From Thermoplasmatota archaeon (GTDB lineage Archaea > Thermoplasmatota > Penumbrarchaeia > Penumbrarchaeales > Penumbrarchaeaceae): a DNA stretch of 64,000 nucleotides. The position numbers and the translations under genes are program-made. The notes beneath the pieces were generated by a model. It was not told the origin of the DNA and searched no databases. It saw nothing but the letters and a program-made list of their open reading frames with translations. Location: assembly GCA_029762535.1 (NCBI GenBank), contig JARVGK010000016.1, positions 1 to 64,000 of the forward strand. Reading direction: 5' to 3'. Shown one piece after another: positions 18,560-27,773 of the stretch. Within the stretch, counting starts at the first letter, position 1, and every line of letters begins with the position of its first letter.

Positions 18560-21364
18560 TCACCAGTCCTCTTCCTCGTGGGATCCCTCCTCATCCTCCT
18601 CCAGCTCCACCTTGACCTTGCCGGACCTTTGCTCATCTTCCACAGGAGCGGGGGCCTCCTCCTCTTTCTCCGACTTCTTCACCTTGGTCTTCCCCTTTAT
18701 CGCCGAGGCCAGTATGAGGGATGCGATGACGATGAGGATCCCAAGGAGGAACGTCCCCAGACCCGGGTGTATGATCTCTTTGGTATCCACGATCTGCCTC
18801 TCCTCCTGGGTCCATATACGGTCCTTCGTCCAGATGTAGAACGTCTCCGACTCGGCCTCGTTGAAGGTCATGGTCCTGTTCTCGATGTTGGTATAGGCCA
18901 GCCTAAGGGAGAAGCTGTACGTGGTTCCGTCCGAGAACTCCTTGCCGGATCTTACCTTGAAGGATATGACCTTCTCCTCGCCGGGAGCGAGATCCCCTAT
19001 CTCGGCGATCCCGAGATCGAACGAGAACATGGGGTAGGCATAAGGGATCATCGCCCTGATGTTGAAGGCTGGGGATCCTCCCTGGTTGATGATGGTTATC
19101 TTGATATCCTTGGTCTGGCCCCTGTCGAGGACCGGCACCTCCACCTTCTTTATCGCAAGGTCCGGAAGCTTCGCGTATATTTCGTATTTGATGTAGAAGC
19201 TTCCTCCGGTGAAGAGTTCGTAAGAGTAACCCATCTCATCCGTGTATGCGAAATAGATATACCCGTAATAGGTCCCGTGATAGTACCTGGATTCGGACAT
19301 GGCCTTCACCCAGAAGGAAAAATCGACAGTATCGCCGCTGGGGAGGTCACCAAGCATTTGAGGGTGGTCAAGACCCTCGTACCCGGTAGTGCTCGATACG
19401 AAGAACGCCGTAAGCCCCTCGGCGTTTCCCAAACCGATGTTCGCGATCCTGGCGGTAACCATGACCCTCTGATCGTCGGTGACGTTCCCCGCGATCGTTT
19501 CGATCACCTGGAACCTGGGCTGCTTGGACTGGATGAACATCTCCAATAGTACGGTCTTCTCGAACGGTTGCATGAACTCGTCGTATCCGGTGATTTCCAT
19601 CGGAATATAGTTGATGCCGGGATTCGCGTCCTTCTTGATAGATGCGTAAACGTAGAACGAGTCGGAGCCATAGCTCGTGAAGGATCCCCTGCTAAGATAT
19701 GCCCTCAGCACCGGCGTCAAGGTTGTCATGTTATCTGCGGCTTCCCCGATGTTCTTCAAGGGAGAGGAACCGTCAACGTGGATCGAGTAGGTCAGCCCGT
19801 GGAATGTATAATGCTCCTGGTTGTAGACCCTTATCGAGAGATAACGGTTGATAGCTCCCTGCTGCTGCTGATAGTATGATGAATCGAACATCGCCCATAT
19901 GTCCGGACCCGAAGGCTCTTCCTCGACATTGATGAGGATATACGGGATGAAGTTGTTGCTCATGTCCTCGGGGAAGGACCTGGAGCGCATGATATCTCTG
20001 TGTTGATAGTATCCCTTCTCCTGCCAGTAACCGGTGAGGAAGTCCCCGGAGGGCATCTCATCCGAGCCATCGTTGTGATAATAAGCATAGTAATCGATAG
20101 GGATCATGTAATTGCCCGGCGGGAGATTGAGCAGGAACGTTACTGAGGGGAACGTGGCGGTCTTCGTCTGCCCGACCGCTAACGACCCCAGATCGAAGGT
20201 CAGGTCCGACCAGGCCTTCTGTCCGTTGCTCTCCTCGTTGTAAAACTGCTTGTCTCCCTTGACGTAGTATGCACTGTCCATATCGAGCCTGACCACTACA
20301 TCCTTAAGGGGGACGTTCCCCTCATTGGTGAAGGGCACCTCGATATCCATCACTGTGTCCCTTCGGCTCACGGTCGCCACCGGCGCTGTCATACCCATAT
20401 GGTCCGGAGGGAGAAGGAGCGGTGTGGCCCTTACTATGAACGTCTGGAGGGTAGGCGCCTCTACGATACGCTGTCCGTTCATCATGTATGAAAAGGACAG
20501 CATGCACTCGTGCCTCCCCGGAGGCACGTTATTGGCCACAGTGATCCTCCAAAGGATATGGCCTGGCATCGCAGGATGGTTCATGACAGGTTCAGCTATC
20601 GTGATCCCTGGTGTCATGAACTCGATCGAGGCCGATAGGTCCGTAAGGACGCCGGTATAGGCATAGGTGTTCCTGATGCCGAAAAGCTTGTTCTGGCTTC
20701 CCGAATACAAGGTATCCAGATTGTATGGCTCCCTCATCCCGACCAGATTGTAATTGACCTTGTTGTTCGTCGGCGCGATATAGCTGATCACCGTGAACTT
20801 GATGTGGTCCTCGTTCACAGCCGGAGTGAACGTATAGACCGATCCTCCGTCCCAGTTGGAAATAAATTCGAACTGCTGCCTAACCGCTATAAGATAGGTT
20901 CCGGGCTTGATGTCCTCGGTCTTCACATTGAACGAAAGATAGCTGGAGGAGGCATCGGCAAAGAAACTGCGGCTGTTCCACGAAGCTATTTCGTACCCGT
21001 TCCCGTCGTTATTGTAGAACGAGCTTACCGTCCATTCTATCGGAGAGGGCGTTGCCGGCGTCATGTCCTCGTTGTAGATCCCGATTATTGTCAGTTTGAC
21101 CCTGAATAAATAGGTGCTGTTCCACGGGGCGGAGGATCCTCCGAAACCGCTACCGTCATAGGTGTTCTGTACCGTGAAAAACGTATCAACCTTGCTGCCT
21201 GGCAACCTGTCGCCTGGAAGATTGTATGCGCTCATGTCCATGGCGTCGGTCACTCCTCCCCTTGAAGGAGGTGCAGTCCCACTCGCCCCGGAGGTGCTCA
21301 AAAATGCGATCCCTGATATCACAATGGTCAATGCCATAAATAACGCGATTGCTCCTTTTCCCAT
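18560..21364 (-). CDS. COG1361-type S-layer domain / Ig-fold surface protein
   Basis: Signal peptide, repeated 'I.N.G...A......LGDL.PG....V.F' units, C-terminal TM and acidic tail. Confidence 0.8.
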   Translation of the reverse strand: MGKGAIALFMALTIVISGIAFLSTSGASGTAPPSRGGVTDAMDMSAYNLPGDRLPGSKVDTFFTVQNTYDGSGFGGSSAPWNSTYLFRVKLTIIGIYNEDMTPATPSPIEWTVSSFYNNDGNGYEIASWNSRSFFADASSSYLSFNVKTEDIKPGTYLIAVRQQFEFISNWDGGSVYTFTPAVNEDHIKFTVISYIAPTNNKVNYNLVGMREPYNLDTLYSGSQNKLFGIRNTYAYTGVLTDLSASIEFMTPGITIAEPVMNHPAMPGHILWRITVANNVPPGRHECMLSFSYMMNGQRIVEAPTLQTFIVRATPLLLPPDHMGMTAPVATVSRRDTVMDIEVPFTNEGNVPLKDVVVRLDMDSAYYVKGDKQFYNEESNGQKAWSDLTFDLGSLAVGQTKTATFPSVTFLLNLPPGNYMIPIDYYAYYHNDGSDEMPSGDFLTGYWQEKGYYQHRDIMRSRSFPEDMSNNFIPYILINVEEEPSGPDIWAMFDSSYYQQQQGAINRYLSIRVYNQEHYTFHGLTYSIHVDGSSPLKNIGEAADNMTTLTPVLRAYLSRGSFTSYGSDSFYVYASIKKDANPGINYIPMEITGYDEFMQPFEKTVLLEMFIQSKQPRFQVIETIAGNVTDDQRVMVTARIANIGLGNAEGLTAFFVSSTTGYEGLDHPQMLGDLPSGDTVDFSFWVKAMSESRYYHGTYYGYIYFAYTDEMGYSYELFTGGSFYIKYEIYAKLPDLAIKKVEVPVLDRGQTKDIKITIINQGGSPAFNIRAMIPYAYPMFSFDLGIAEIGDLAPGEEKVISFKVRSGKEFSDGTTYSFSLRLAYTNIENRTMTFNEAESETFYIWTKDRIWTQEERQIVDTKEIIHPGLGTFLLGILIVIASLILASAIKGKTKVKKSEKEEEAPAPVEDEQRSGKVKVELEEDEEGSHEEEDW

Positions 21365-21677
21365 AGTTGATCCCCGCTGCGATATATCTCTGTAAATAGT
21401 TATTCTTTTCCATGGGATGAGGGGGTTTGATATTATCGGGTCTTTTTCATGATCTTCGAAATATTTTCTGGGTCATCACATCCATTTATCATATGAGACC
21501 GGGTATTCCGATCATCACCAGCATATTTGTGATAATTGAAAATGGCCGCTCCTTTTCATGGTTTTAAGGAATAGAGGATTTCAAAAATCTATACTCCTCC
21601 TCTGAGAAAAGGACGGTCGGACCAAATATTTATATTATGGAAATGTCATGATGTAATTAGATTTGGAGGATGTTTTG

Positions 21678-22226
21678 ATGGATTATAGTTCTGCAAAAAC
21701 CGTGAGCCTGGTAGCATTGATCATGATTATCATAGGATTCATATTCGCATTGATATTGGGTTTAATATACATTATCCAAGCGATCTTTTTAGGGGGAGCG
21801 CTCATCTCCGGAGGAGAAGAAGGTTCCGGTGTAATGTGCATGCTTGTGATGATCGCCCTTGCAATTATATTGATGGCCATACCTTCCATAAAGCTCAAAA
21901 TGGCTCTTACCGTCCATAGGAATGTAAAGATGAGGAATCTCGCCAGGGAGGACAATACATATCTGGTAATACTCACCGTATTGTGCTTCCTCACCGCTGA
22001 TCTTATCTCGGGGATCATGTATATCCTCATAATCACTTCTTTGGGTGAATTGACCATACCCCGACCTATGGTCGATGAGACTCTATCATCAAATAGGTTC
22101 GATCCTTACGGGACATATAATTACGTTGATAGGGACCGAATGGGTAGCGGTTGGAACCAACAACCTCCTCAATACGGATCCTACCAGCCCCCCGGTCAAG
22201 GTCCGGATTACAACCAGCGATCCTAA
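21678..22226 (+). CDS. Hypothetical AT-rich membrane protein with Q/P/Y/G tail
   Basis: GGAGG RBS and 3-4 TM helices. Visibly lower GC than its flanks. Confidence 0.75.
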   Translation: MDYSSAKTVSLVALIMIIIGFIFALILGLIYIIQAIFLGGALISGGEEGSGVMCMLVMIALAIILMAIPSIKLKMALTVHRNVKMRNLAREDNTYLVILTVLCFLTADLISGIMYILIITSLGELTIPRPMVDETLSSNRFDPYGTYNYVDRDRMGSGWNQQPPQYGSYQPPGQGPDYNQRS

Positions 22227-22227
22227 C

Positions 22228-22441
22228 CCAAGGAACCGAGGTTCGAACCCGGCCCCTCTTAAAATAATAAATAAATAGGTGCGAGGGGCCGGATCCGTCT
22301 TTGAAAAATGCCTGTTGGCATTTTCCAGGTCTTTGGAACTATGATCGCATGCACCAAGTCACCGTTCCAAAGAAACCAAGGTTCGAATTAGGCCCCTCGC
22401 TATTTGTGTAACAAATTGGTGCGAGGGGCCGGATTCGAACC
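22228..22441. repeat. tRNA-Leu-linked 140-bp-period repeat with inverted and direct tRNA 3' copies
   Basis: GGTTCGAA at 22240 and 22380, GGTGCGAGGGGCCGGA at 22278 and 22418. Confidence 0.85.
22298..22373. mobile_element. 76-bp double-hairpin element inserted in the T-loop of a tRNA-Leu 3' copy
   Basis: GAAAAATGCC-tgtt-GGCATTTTCC plus TCTTTGGAAC-N24-GTTCCAAAGA. Removing it restores GGCCGGATCCGAACC (1 mismatch to the tRNA). Confidence 0.6.
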
Positions 22442-22501
22442 GACGAACCACTAAGGAACAGATCTTGAGTCTGTCGCCGTTAACCGCTTGGCTACCCTCG
22501 C
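22417..22501 (-). tRNA. tRNA-Leu(CAA), CCA encoded
   Basis: GCGAGGGTAGCCAAGCGGTTAACGGCG ACAGA-CT-CAA-GA-TCTGT, long variable arm, GGTTCGAATCC GGCCCCTCGC ACCA. Confidence 0.97.
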
Positions 22502-22595
22502 AGGATCGGTCGGGAGCCCACAAATATCCGTAGATATTAAAAACCTACCCTCTCCCTTGGAACGATAATAATAAGTGGATCCCCCTTTTCGGTTC

Positions 22596-23645
22596 ATGGA
22601 CCTCAAGGAATACGGCCTGGACGAGGGGATCCTCTCCGCCTTCGAGGATCTCGATCTTGAAGGCGTCGGGATCGGGAGGATCGTCAACTCCGACGGGTTC
22701 AGGATGATGACCTCCGAAGGCGAAGTCCAGGGCAGGCCCTCCAAGAAGCTTCGATCCCTGCCCGAGGGAATGCCCGTGGTTGGGGATTGGGTCGTCTTCA
22801 AGGAACTGGAAGGGGCCAACGTCATCGTCATGGTAATGCCGAGGAGGTCCTCGCTCAGCAGAAGATCCCCCGGAAAACGAACGGTCGAACAGATCGTGGC
22901 CTCCAACATCGACCAGGTGTTCGTCGTCATGGGCCTCGATCACGACTACAACATCAGAAGGCTCGAGAGGTATCTCGTGATGGTCTCGGCATCTGGAGCC
23001 GAATGCTCCATCATCCTCAACAAGGCCGACCTGGTCGAAGATCCCGCCCCCTATCTGACCGAGGTGAGAATTGCCGCGGGGAACGTTCCAGTGCATACCA
23101 TCAGCGCCCTCATTGGTCAGGGGGTAGGGAGCATTTCCCTTCCAAAGGGCAGGACCATCTGCCTCGTGGGATCCTCCGGTTCCGGCAAATCCACGCTCAT
23201 AAACCGGCTGATCGGTTCGGACCGACAGGCGACGACGCCTGTGGGTGACCATAAATCAAAAGGAAGACATACCACGACTTCCAGGGAGCTTTTCCTCTTA
23301 CCCTCCGGGGCAATGATCATCGACAACCCGGGGATCCGGGAGATACAACTGTGGGCGGATCCTTCCTCATTGGAAGACGCGTTTCCCGACATAGCCAGGC
23401 TCGCTGCGTGTTGCAGGTTCAAGGACTGCAAGCACGACCGAGAGCCGGATTGCGCGGTCCTTGAAGCCGTCTCATCAGGCGAACTGCCGCGGGATCGATA
23501 CGAGAGCTACCTGAAGCTCCAGAAGGAGATCCGTCACAACATGGTCCGATCCGATAGAGCACTTGCTGCTGCGGAGAGGGACCGATGGAAGGCTTTGATG
23601 AAGGACGTCAAGAATTATCAGGCCTACAAAAAGAGAGGCAGATGA
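22596..23645 (+). CDS. rsgA: Ribosome small subunit-dependent GTPase A
   Basis: OB fold (PVVGDWV), circularly permuted G motifs NKAD / GSSGSGKST / GRHTTT / DNPG, Zn finger CRFKDCKH.EPDC. Confidence 0.95.
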   Translation: MDLKEYGLDEGILSAFEDLDLEGVGIGRIVNSDGFRMMTSEGEVQGRPSKKLRSLPEGMPVVGDWVVFKELEGANVIVMVMPRRSSLSRRSPGKRTVEQIVASNIDQVFVVMGLDHDYNIRRLERYLVMVSASGAECSIILNKADLVEDPAPYLTEVRIAAGNVPVHTISALIGQGVGSISLPKGRTICLVGSSGSGKSTLINRLIGSDRQATTPVGDHKSKGRHTTTSRELFLLPSGAMIIDNPGIREIQLWADPSSLEDAFPDIARLAACCRFKDCKHDREPDCAVLEAVSSGELPRDRYESYLKLQKEIRHNMVRSDRALAAAERDRWKALMKDVKNYQAYKKRGR

Positions 23646-23702
23646 GAAGATACTGGAAAGTCGTTGATATGTTTTTATCCGGGATCGGGCTTGGGGTCAA
23701 GC

Positions 23703-24731
23703 ATGCGTTCCGATGACATTCGCAGGTCGAAGAGTGAGCCGGGCCTTCACATCGTCATAGAAGATAGGGGCGGGATCGTGGAGGCGCTTCATCATGTCCA
23801 TGCCGCCGTCGTTGACAGCTCCGGTCGCCTGATCGCGAGCAGCGGGGATCCAAATCACTACACCTTCACCCGCTCCTGCCTCAAACCCATTCAGGCCATA
23901 CCGATATTGGAGCACGGCGTCCACGAGGCCTACGGTCTCACGAATGAGGAGATCGCCATCATCGCAGGATCGCATTCCGGCGAGCCGGACCATATCCGAA
24001 CGGTCAGGTCCATACTGAATAAGTCTGGCATTGACGAGGCCATGCTCGGATGTGGGGGCCATGAGCCATTCCACAAGCCCACGAACTTCGAGATCGGGGG
24101 GAAGTTTTCCCCCATACACGACAACTGCTCGGGGAAGCACGCGGGATCCCTCGCTTTGACGAAATATATGGGATGGGACCTCGGGACATACCTGGACCCT
24201 TCCCATCCCGCCCAAAAGGCGGTCCTTGAGGTCGCCTGCTCCCTGGGCAATATGGAGCCAGAGAATGTCACCATAGCGCCCGACGGCTGCTCGATCCCCA
24301 ACCTTGCATACCCCATACGAAACCTGGCGCTTCAGTTCGCAAGGATCGCGGACCCGGGCTCCCATACCTTGAAGGAGGAGTGCCAGGTAGTATTCGATTC
24401 CATGATGGGGAACCCTTACATGGTCTCGGGGACCGGAAGGTTCGACAAGGACCTGATGGAGGATCACCCGCACAGGCTGCTCGCCAAGGCCGGAGCGGTG
24501 GGCCTCCAGGCCTTGGCGGCAAACATCAACGGGCGATGGCTTGGGATCGCGATCAAGATAGAGGACGGGTCCCACCCGGCATTGACGACAGCGACGTATC
24601 ATATCCTCGACGAACTTCTAATAAGGATAGGAGAGAGCATGGGAGAAAAATACAGGGATCAGACGGTCAAGACCCGATCAGGCGAGGTCGTTGGAGCGAT
24701 CCGATGTTCCGGGGAACTGCTTGTCAATTGA
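23703..24731 (+). CDS. L-asparaginase II (Rhizobium AnsA type)
   Basis: RSCLKPIQA, GSHSGEPDH, NCSGKH, DGCSIP, AIKIEDG. Confidence 0.9.
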   Translation: MRSDDIRRSKSEPGLHIVIEDRGGIVEALHHVHAAVVDSSGRLIASSGDPNHYTFTRSCLKPIQAIPILEHGVHEAYGLTNEEIAIIAGSHSGEPDHIRTVRSILNKSGIDEAMLGCGGHEPFHKPTNFEIGGKFSPIHDNCSGKHAGSLALTKYMGWDLGTYLDPSHPAQKAVLEVACSLGNMEPENVTIAPDGCSIPNLAYPIRNLALQFARIADPGSHTLKEECQVVFDSMMGNPYMVSGTGRFDKDLMEDHPHRLLAKAGAVGLQALAANINGRWLGIAIKIEDGSHPALTTATYHILDELLIRIGESMGEKYRDQTVKTRSGEVVGAIRCSGELLVN

Positions 24732-24777
24732 CCGAATGTTTTTTTAAGTTGCTCGACCATACATTTTTGGTGCTTTC

Positions 24778-25071
24778 ATGATAATGGAATTCACCTTCTA
24801 CCCATATGTCGAGAAGAACATCGAAAAGGTCGAGGAGAGATGGGGGGTCTTCAAGCTTGCGGATCGTTCCAAGAAGGTGGTCTTCATCGGCCGTGGGAAT
24901 ATCAGGAAGCATCTGTTCAACCATCTCCCGGACGGCAAGGCCCCTGCGGAAGATGCGGTGTTCTTCTCCATCGAATACTTCGACACCAAGGAGGAAGCGA
25001 TGGAGGCCTGGATCGAACAGGTAGAGGCATACCAGTCAAAGTTCCATTCACTCCCACTGTACAACAGATGA
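24778..25071 (+). CDS. Small GIY-YIG-like protein, degenerate
   Basis: WGVFKL...VVFIGRGNIRKHL...H, C-terminal LPLYN. Confidence 0.55.
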   Translation: MIMEFTFYPYVEKNIEKVEERWGVFKLADRSKKVVFIGRGNIRKHLFNHLPDGKAPAEDAVFFSIEYFDTKEEAMEAWIEQVEAYQSKFHSLPLYNR

Positions 25072-25122
25072 TGCATCAGCGTCTATTATTAATCCTAATT
25101 GGGCATTGACCCTTCGATATAC

Positions 25123-26448
25123 ATGCCCAACAAGATATGCATCAGGAAGGAAACGAAGAACCGTTGGGAACGACGGACGCCGCTGACCCCGGATAACGTA
25201 TTGAGGCTTCGGAACGACCAGGACATATCCGTAGCTGTCGAGCCCTCCGATCTCAGGGTATTCCCGGACGAGGAATACTCGGACGCGGGGGCTGAGCTGA
25301 CCCATGATCTGTCCGGATGTGATATCATCCTCGGGATCAAGGAGGTTCCGATACACGACATACTGGAAGGCAAGACATACCTGTTCTTCTCCCACACCAT
25401 AAAAGGCCAGAAGCACAACATGAGGATGCTCGAAAAACTCGTAGAGCGAAAATGCACGCTCATCGATTACGAGAGGATAACGGATGAAAGGAACAGGCGA
25501 TTGATATTCTTCGGCTGGCATGCCGGGGCGGCGGGCGTCATAGATACGCTATGGGCCGCGGGAAGGAGGCTTGAATGGGAGGGGGTGAGGAACCCATTCT
25601 CCTCGATAATGACCGCTCATGAATACTCTGACCTTCAAGGCGCAAGGGAGCACATGGCCCAGGTCGGCAGGCTGATCGCCACCTACGGGATCCCATACTC
25701 GGTGAGGCCGTTCGTCGTCGGAATAACCGGAACGGGGAACGTTTCACGCGGTGCCCAGGAGATGCTCGACCTGTTGCCCGTCGTCAACGTAAAACCCGAG
25801 GAACTACCGCTTCTAAAGAAAAGGAAGGATACTGGTAACGTGATCTACAAGGTCGTCTTCGAGGAGAAGGATATGTACTCACCTGTCGAGAAGGGCGCTG
25901 CCTTCGACCTTCAGGATTATTATGACCATCCGCAGGGATACATGTCCAGGTTCATCGATTATGTCCCCTACATGTCCGCTATAATAAACTGCGTCTACTG
26001 GGACCCAAAGTATCCCCGCCTCCTGACGAAGACCCAGGTCAAGGACCTTTACTCGGGCCATATGTCCCCAAAACTGAGGGTCATCGGCGACATCAGCTGC
26101 GACATTGAGGGGTCGATGGAAGTGACAATAAAGCCGACCATTCCTGACTCTCCGGTATTCATTTATGACCCCTGGGAGGACAAGGATATCCCCGGATGGA
26201 AGGGAACAGGCCCAGTTGTGATGGCGGTGGAGAACCTGCCGGCGGAGATCCCTTTAGAGGCCTCCGAATATTTCGGGGGGAAACTGATGGAGTTCATTCC
26301 GTTCCTGGCGAACGCCGCTTTCGATGGAGAGCTAAAGGACCTCAAACTCCCAAAACCCCTGATGAACGCCCTCATCCTTTTCAAGGGAGATTTCACTGAG
26401 AGTTACAGGTACATGGAGGATCTCCTGAATAGGAGGAATGATAGATGA
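25123..26448 (+). CDS. Lysine-ketoglutarate reductase (LKR)-type saccharopine dehydrogenase
   Basis: IRKETKNRWERRTPLTP, FFSHTIKGQ, LIDYE, GTGNVSRGA, GDISCDIEGS, MAVENLP. Confidence 0.9.
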   Translation: MPNKICIRKETKNRWERRTPLTPDNVLRLRNDQDISVAVEPSDLRVFPDEEYSDAGAELTHDLSGCDIILGIKEVPIHDILEGKTYLFFSHTIKGQKHNMRMLEKLVERKCTLIDYERITDERNRRLIFFGWHAGAAGVIDTLWAAGRRLEWEGVRNPFSSIMTAHEYSDLQGAREHMAQVGRLIATYGIPYSVRPFVVGITGTGNVSRGAQEMLDLLPVVNVKPEELPLLKKRKDTGNVIYKVVFEEKDMYSPVEKGAAFDLQDYYDHPQGYMSRFIDYVPYMSAIINCVYWDPKYPRLLTKTQVKDLYSGHMSPKLRVIGDISCDIEGSMEVTIKPTIPDSPVFIYDPWEDKDIPGWKGTGPVVMAVENLPAEIPLEASEYFGGKLMEFIPFLANAAFDGELKDLKLPKPLMNALILFKGDFTESYRYMEDLLNRRNDR

Positions 26449-27749
26449 AGAGCGTTCTGGTACTCGGGGCAGGGCTGGTTTCAAAGCCCCTCATCTCATA
26501 CCTGATAGACCGCTGTGGATATTCTCTCACGGTCGCCAGCCGCACCTTGGATAAGGCCCAAAAGGCGATAGGGGAGCGCAAGATGGGGTTTGCCATGAGT
26601 TTCGACATCGATTCGGACCCCTCCCTCAGGGAGATCGTCTCCCAGCACGATGCCGTGGTCTCCCTTCTTCCATACACCCATCACCTGGATGTCGCCAGAG
26701 CGGCCATAGCCGAGGGTGTGCATCTGATCACCACTTCATATGTGAGCGATGCCATGAGGGACCTGGACCAAGAAGCCGAGGATTCGGGCATCACCCTTCT
26801 GAACGAGATAGGATTGGACCCGGGCATAGACCACATGGAGGCCATGAGGATAATGGATGCCGTCAAGGAAAAGGGGGGTGAGGTTCTGGAGTTCGTATCA
26901 TACTGCGGGGGGCTGCCTGCTCCCGAGGCTAACGACAACCCTTTCGGTTACAAGTTCTCCTGGAGCCCCAAGGGAGTGGTCCTCGCCTCGAGGAACAAGG
27001 CTAGGTTCAGAAGGAACGGCAAGGTCGAGGAGATCCCCGGAAAGGAACTGTTCGCCAACTACGAGACCGTCGACATACCCGGCCTGGGAAGCTTCGAGGG
27101 CTATCCCAATCGGGATTCCGTCCCATATGCGGAAATTTACGGGATCCCGGAGGCCAGGACCATACTCAGGGGGACGCTAAGGAACAAGGGCTGGTGCGAC
27201 ACATGGAAAGGGCTTCACGATATCGACATGCTCGGGGACCATCCGGTCGAAGGTGACACCTACCTCGAAATGATGGACTCGTTGTTACCTGGAGAGGGTG
27301 AAGTTCGAGACAGGATCGCATCGCTGTTGAGTACGTACGATAATGAGCTGGCCCTCTCGAACCTGGAGTGGCTCGGGCTTCTATCTGATTCTCCCGTGAT
27401 GGACCGCACTAGCATCGTGGACGCTCTTTCGAAGCTCCTTGAATCAAGACTGAAATACAAGGAAGGGGAACGGGACATGATCGTTCTCCAGCACCGCTTC
27501 GAGGTAAAGCTCCCGGAGGGAGAGAGGACACTGCTATCGACCATGATAGATTTCGGGATCCCGGGAGGGGACTCGGCAATGTCCAGAACCGTAGGGATCC
27601 CGGCCGCGATAGGTGTGGACATCCTGCTGAAGGAAAAGGATATTCCAAAGGGTGTTGTGATCCCGACGATCCCCGCTATCTACGAACCCGCATTGAAGAG
27701 GCTTGGGGATGAGGGAATAAAATTTGAAAATACAGCAGAGGCCCGTTAA
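26445..27749 (+). CDS. Saccharopine dehydrogenase (glutamate-forming; Lys9/SDH type)
   Basis: LGAGLV, EIGLDPGIDH, SYCGGLPAPE, YKFSWSP, EGYPNRDS, AMSRTVG. Confidence 0.93.
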   Translation: MKSVLVLGAGLVSKPLISYLIDRCGYSLTVASRTLDKAQKAIGERKMGFAMSFDIDSDPSLREIVSQHDAVVSLLPYTHHLDVARAAIAEGVHLITTSYVSDAMRDLDQEAEDSGITLLNEIGLDPGIDHMEAMRIMDAVKEKGGEVLEFVSYCGGLPAPEANDNPFGYKFSWSPKGVVLASRNKARFRRNGKVEEIPGKELFANYETVDIPGLGSFEGYPNRDSVPYAEIYGIPEARTILRGTLRNKGWCDTWKGLHDIDMLGDHPVEGDTYLEMMDSLLPGEGEVRDRIASLLSTYDNELALSNLEWLGLLSDSPVMDRTSIVDALSKLLESRLKYKEGERDMIVLQHRFEVKLPEGERTLLSTMIDFGIPGGDSAMSRTVGIPAAIGVDILLKEKDIPKGVVIPTIPAIYEPALKRLGDEGIKFENTAEAR

Positions 27750-27773
27750 GGACCTCTGCATACCGCCCTCACT

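Noticed and set aside
22240-22297. Additional tRNA genes in the Leu and Gly repeats
   Set aside because: Only T-arm/acceptor fragments are present, with no D-arm or anticodon arm.
21365-22501. Intact integrated element (provirus/ICE) at tRNA-Leu
   Set aside because: No integrase or viral genes, and no distal att copy beyond 22240.
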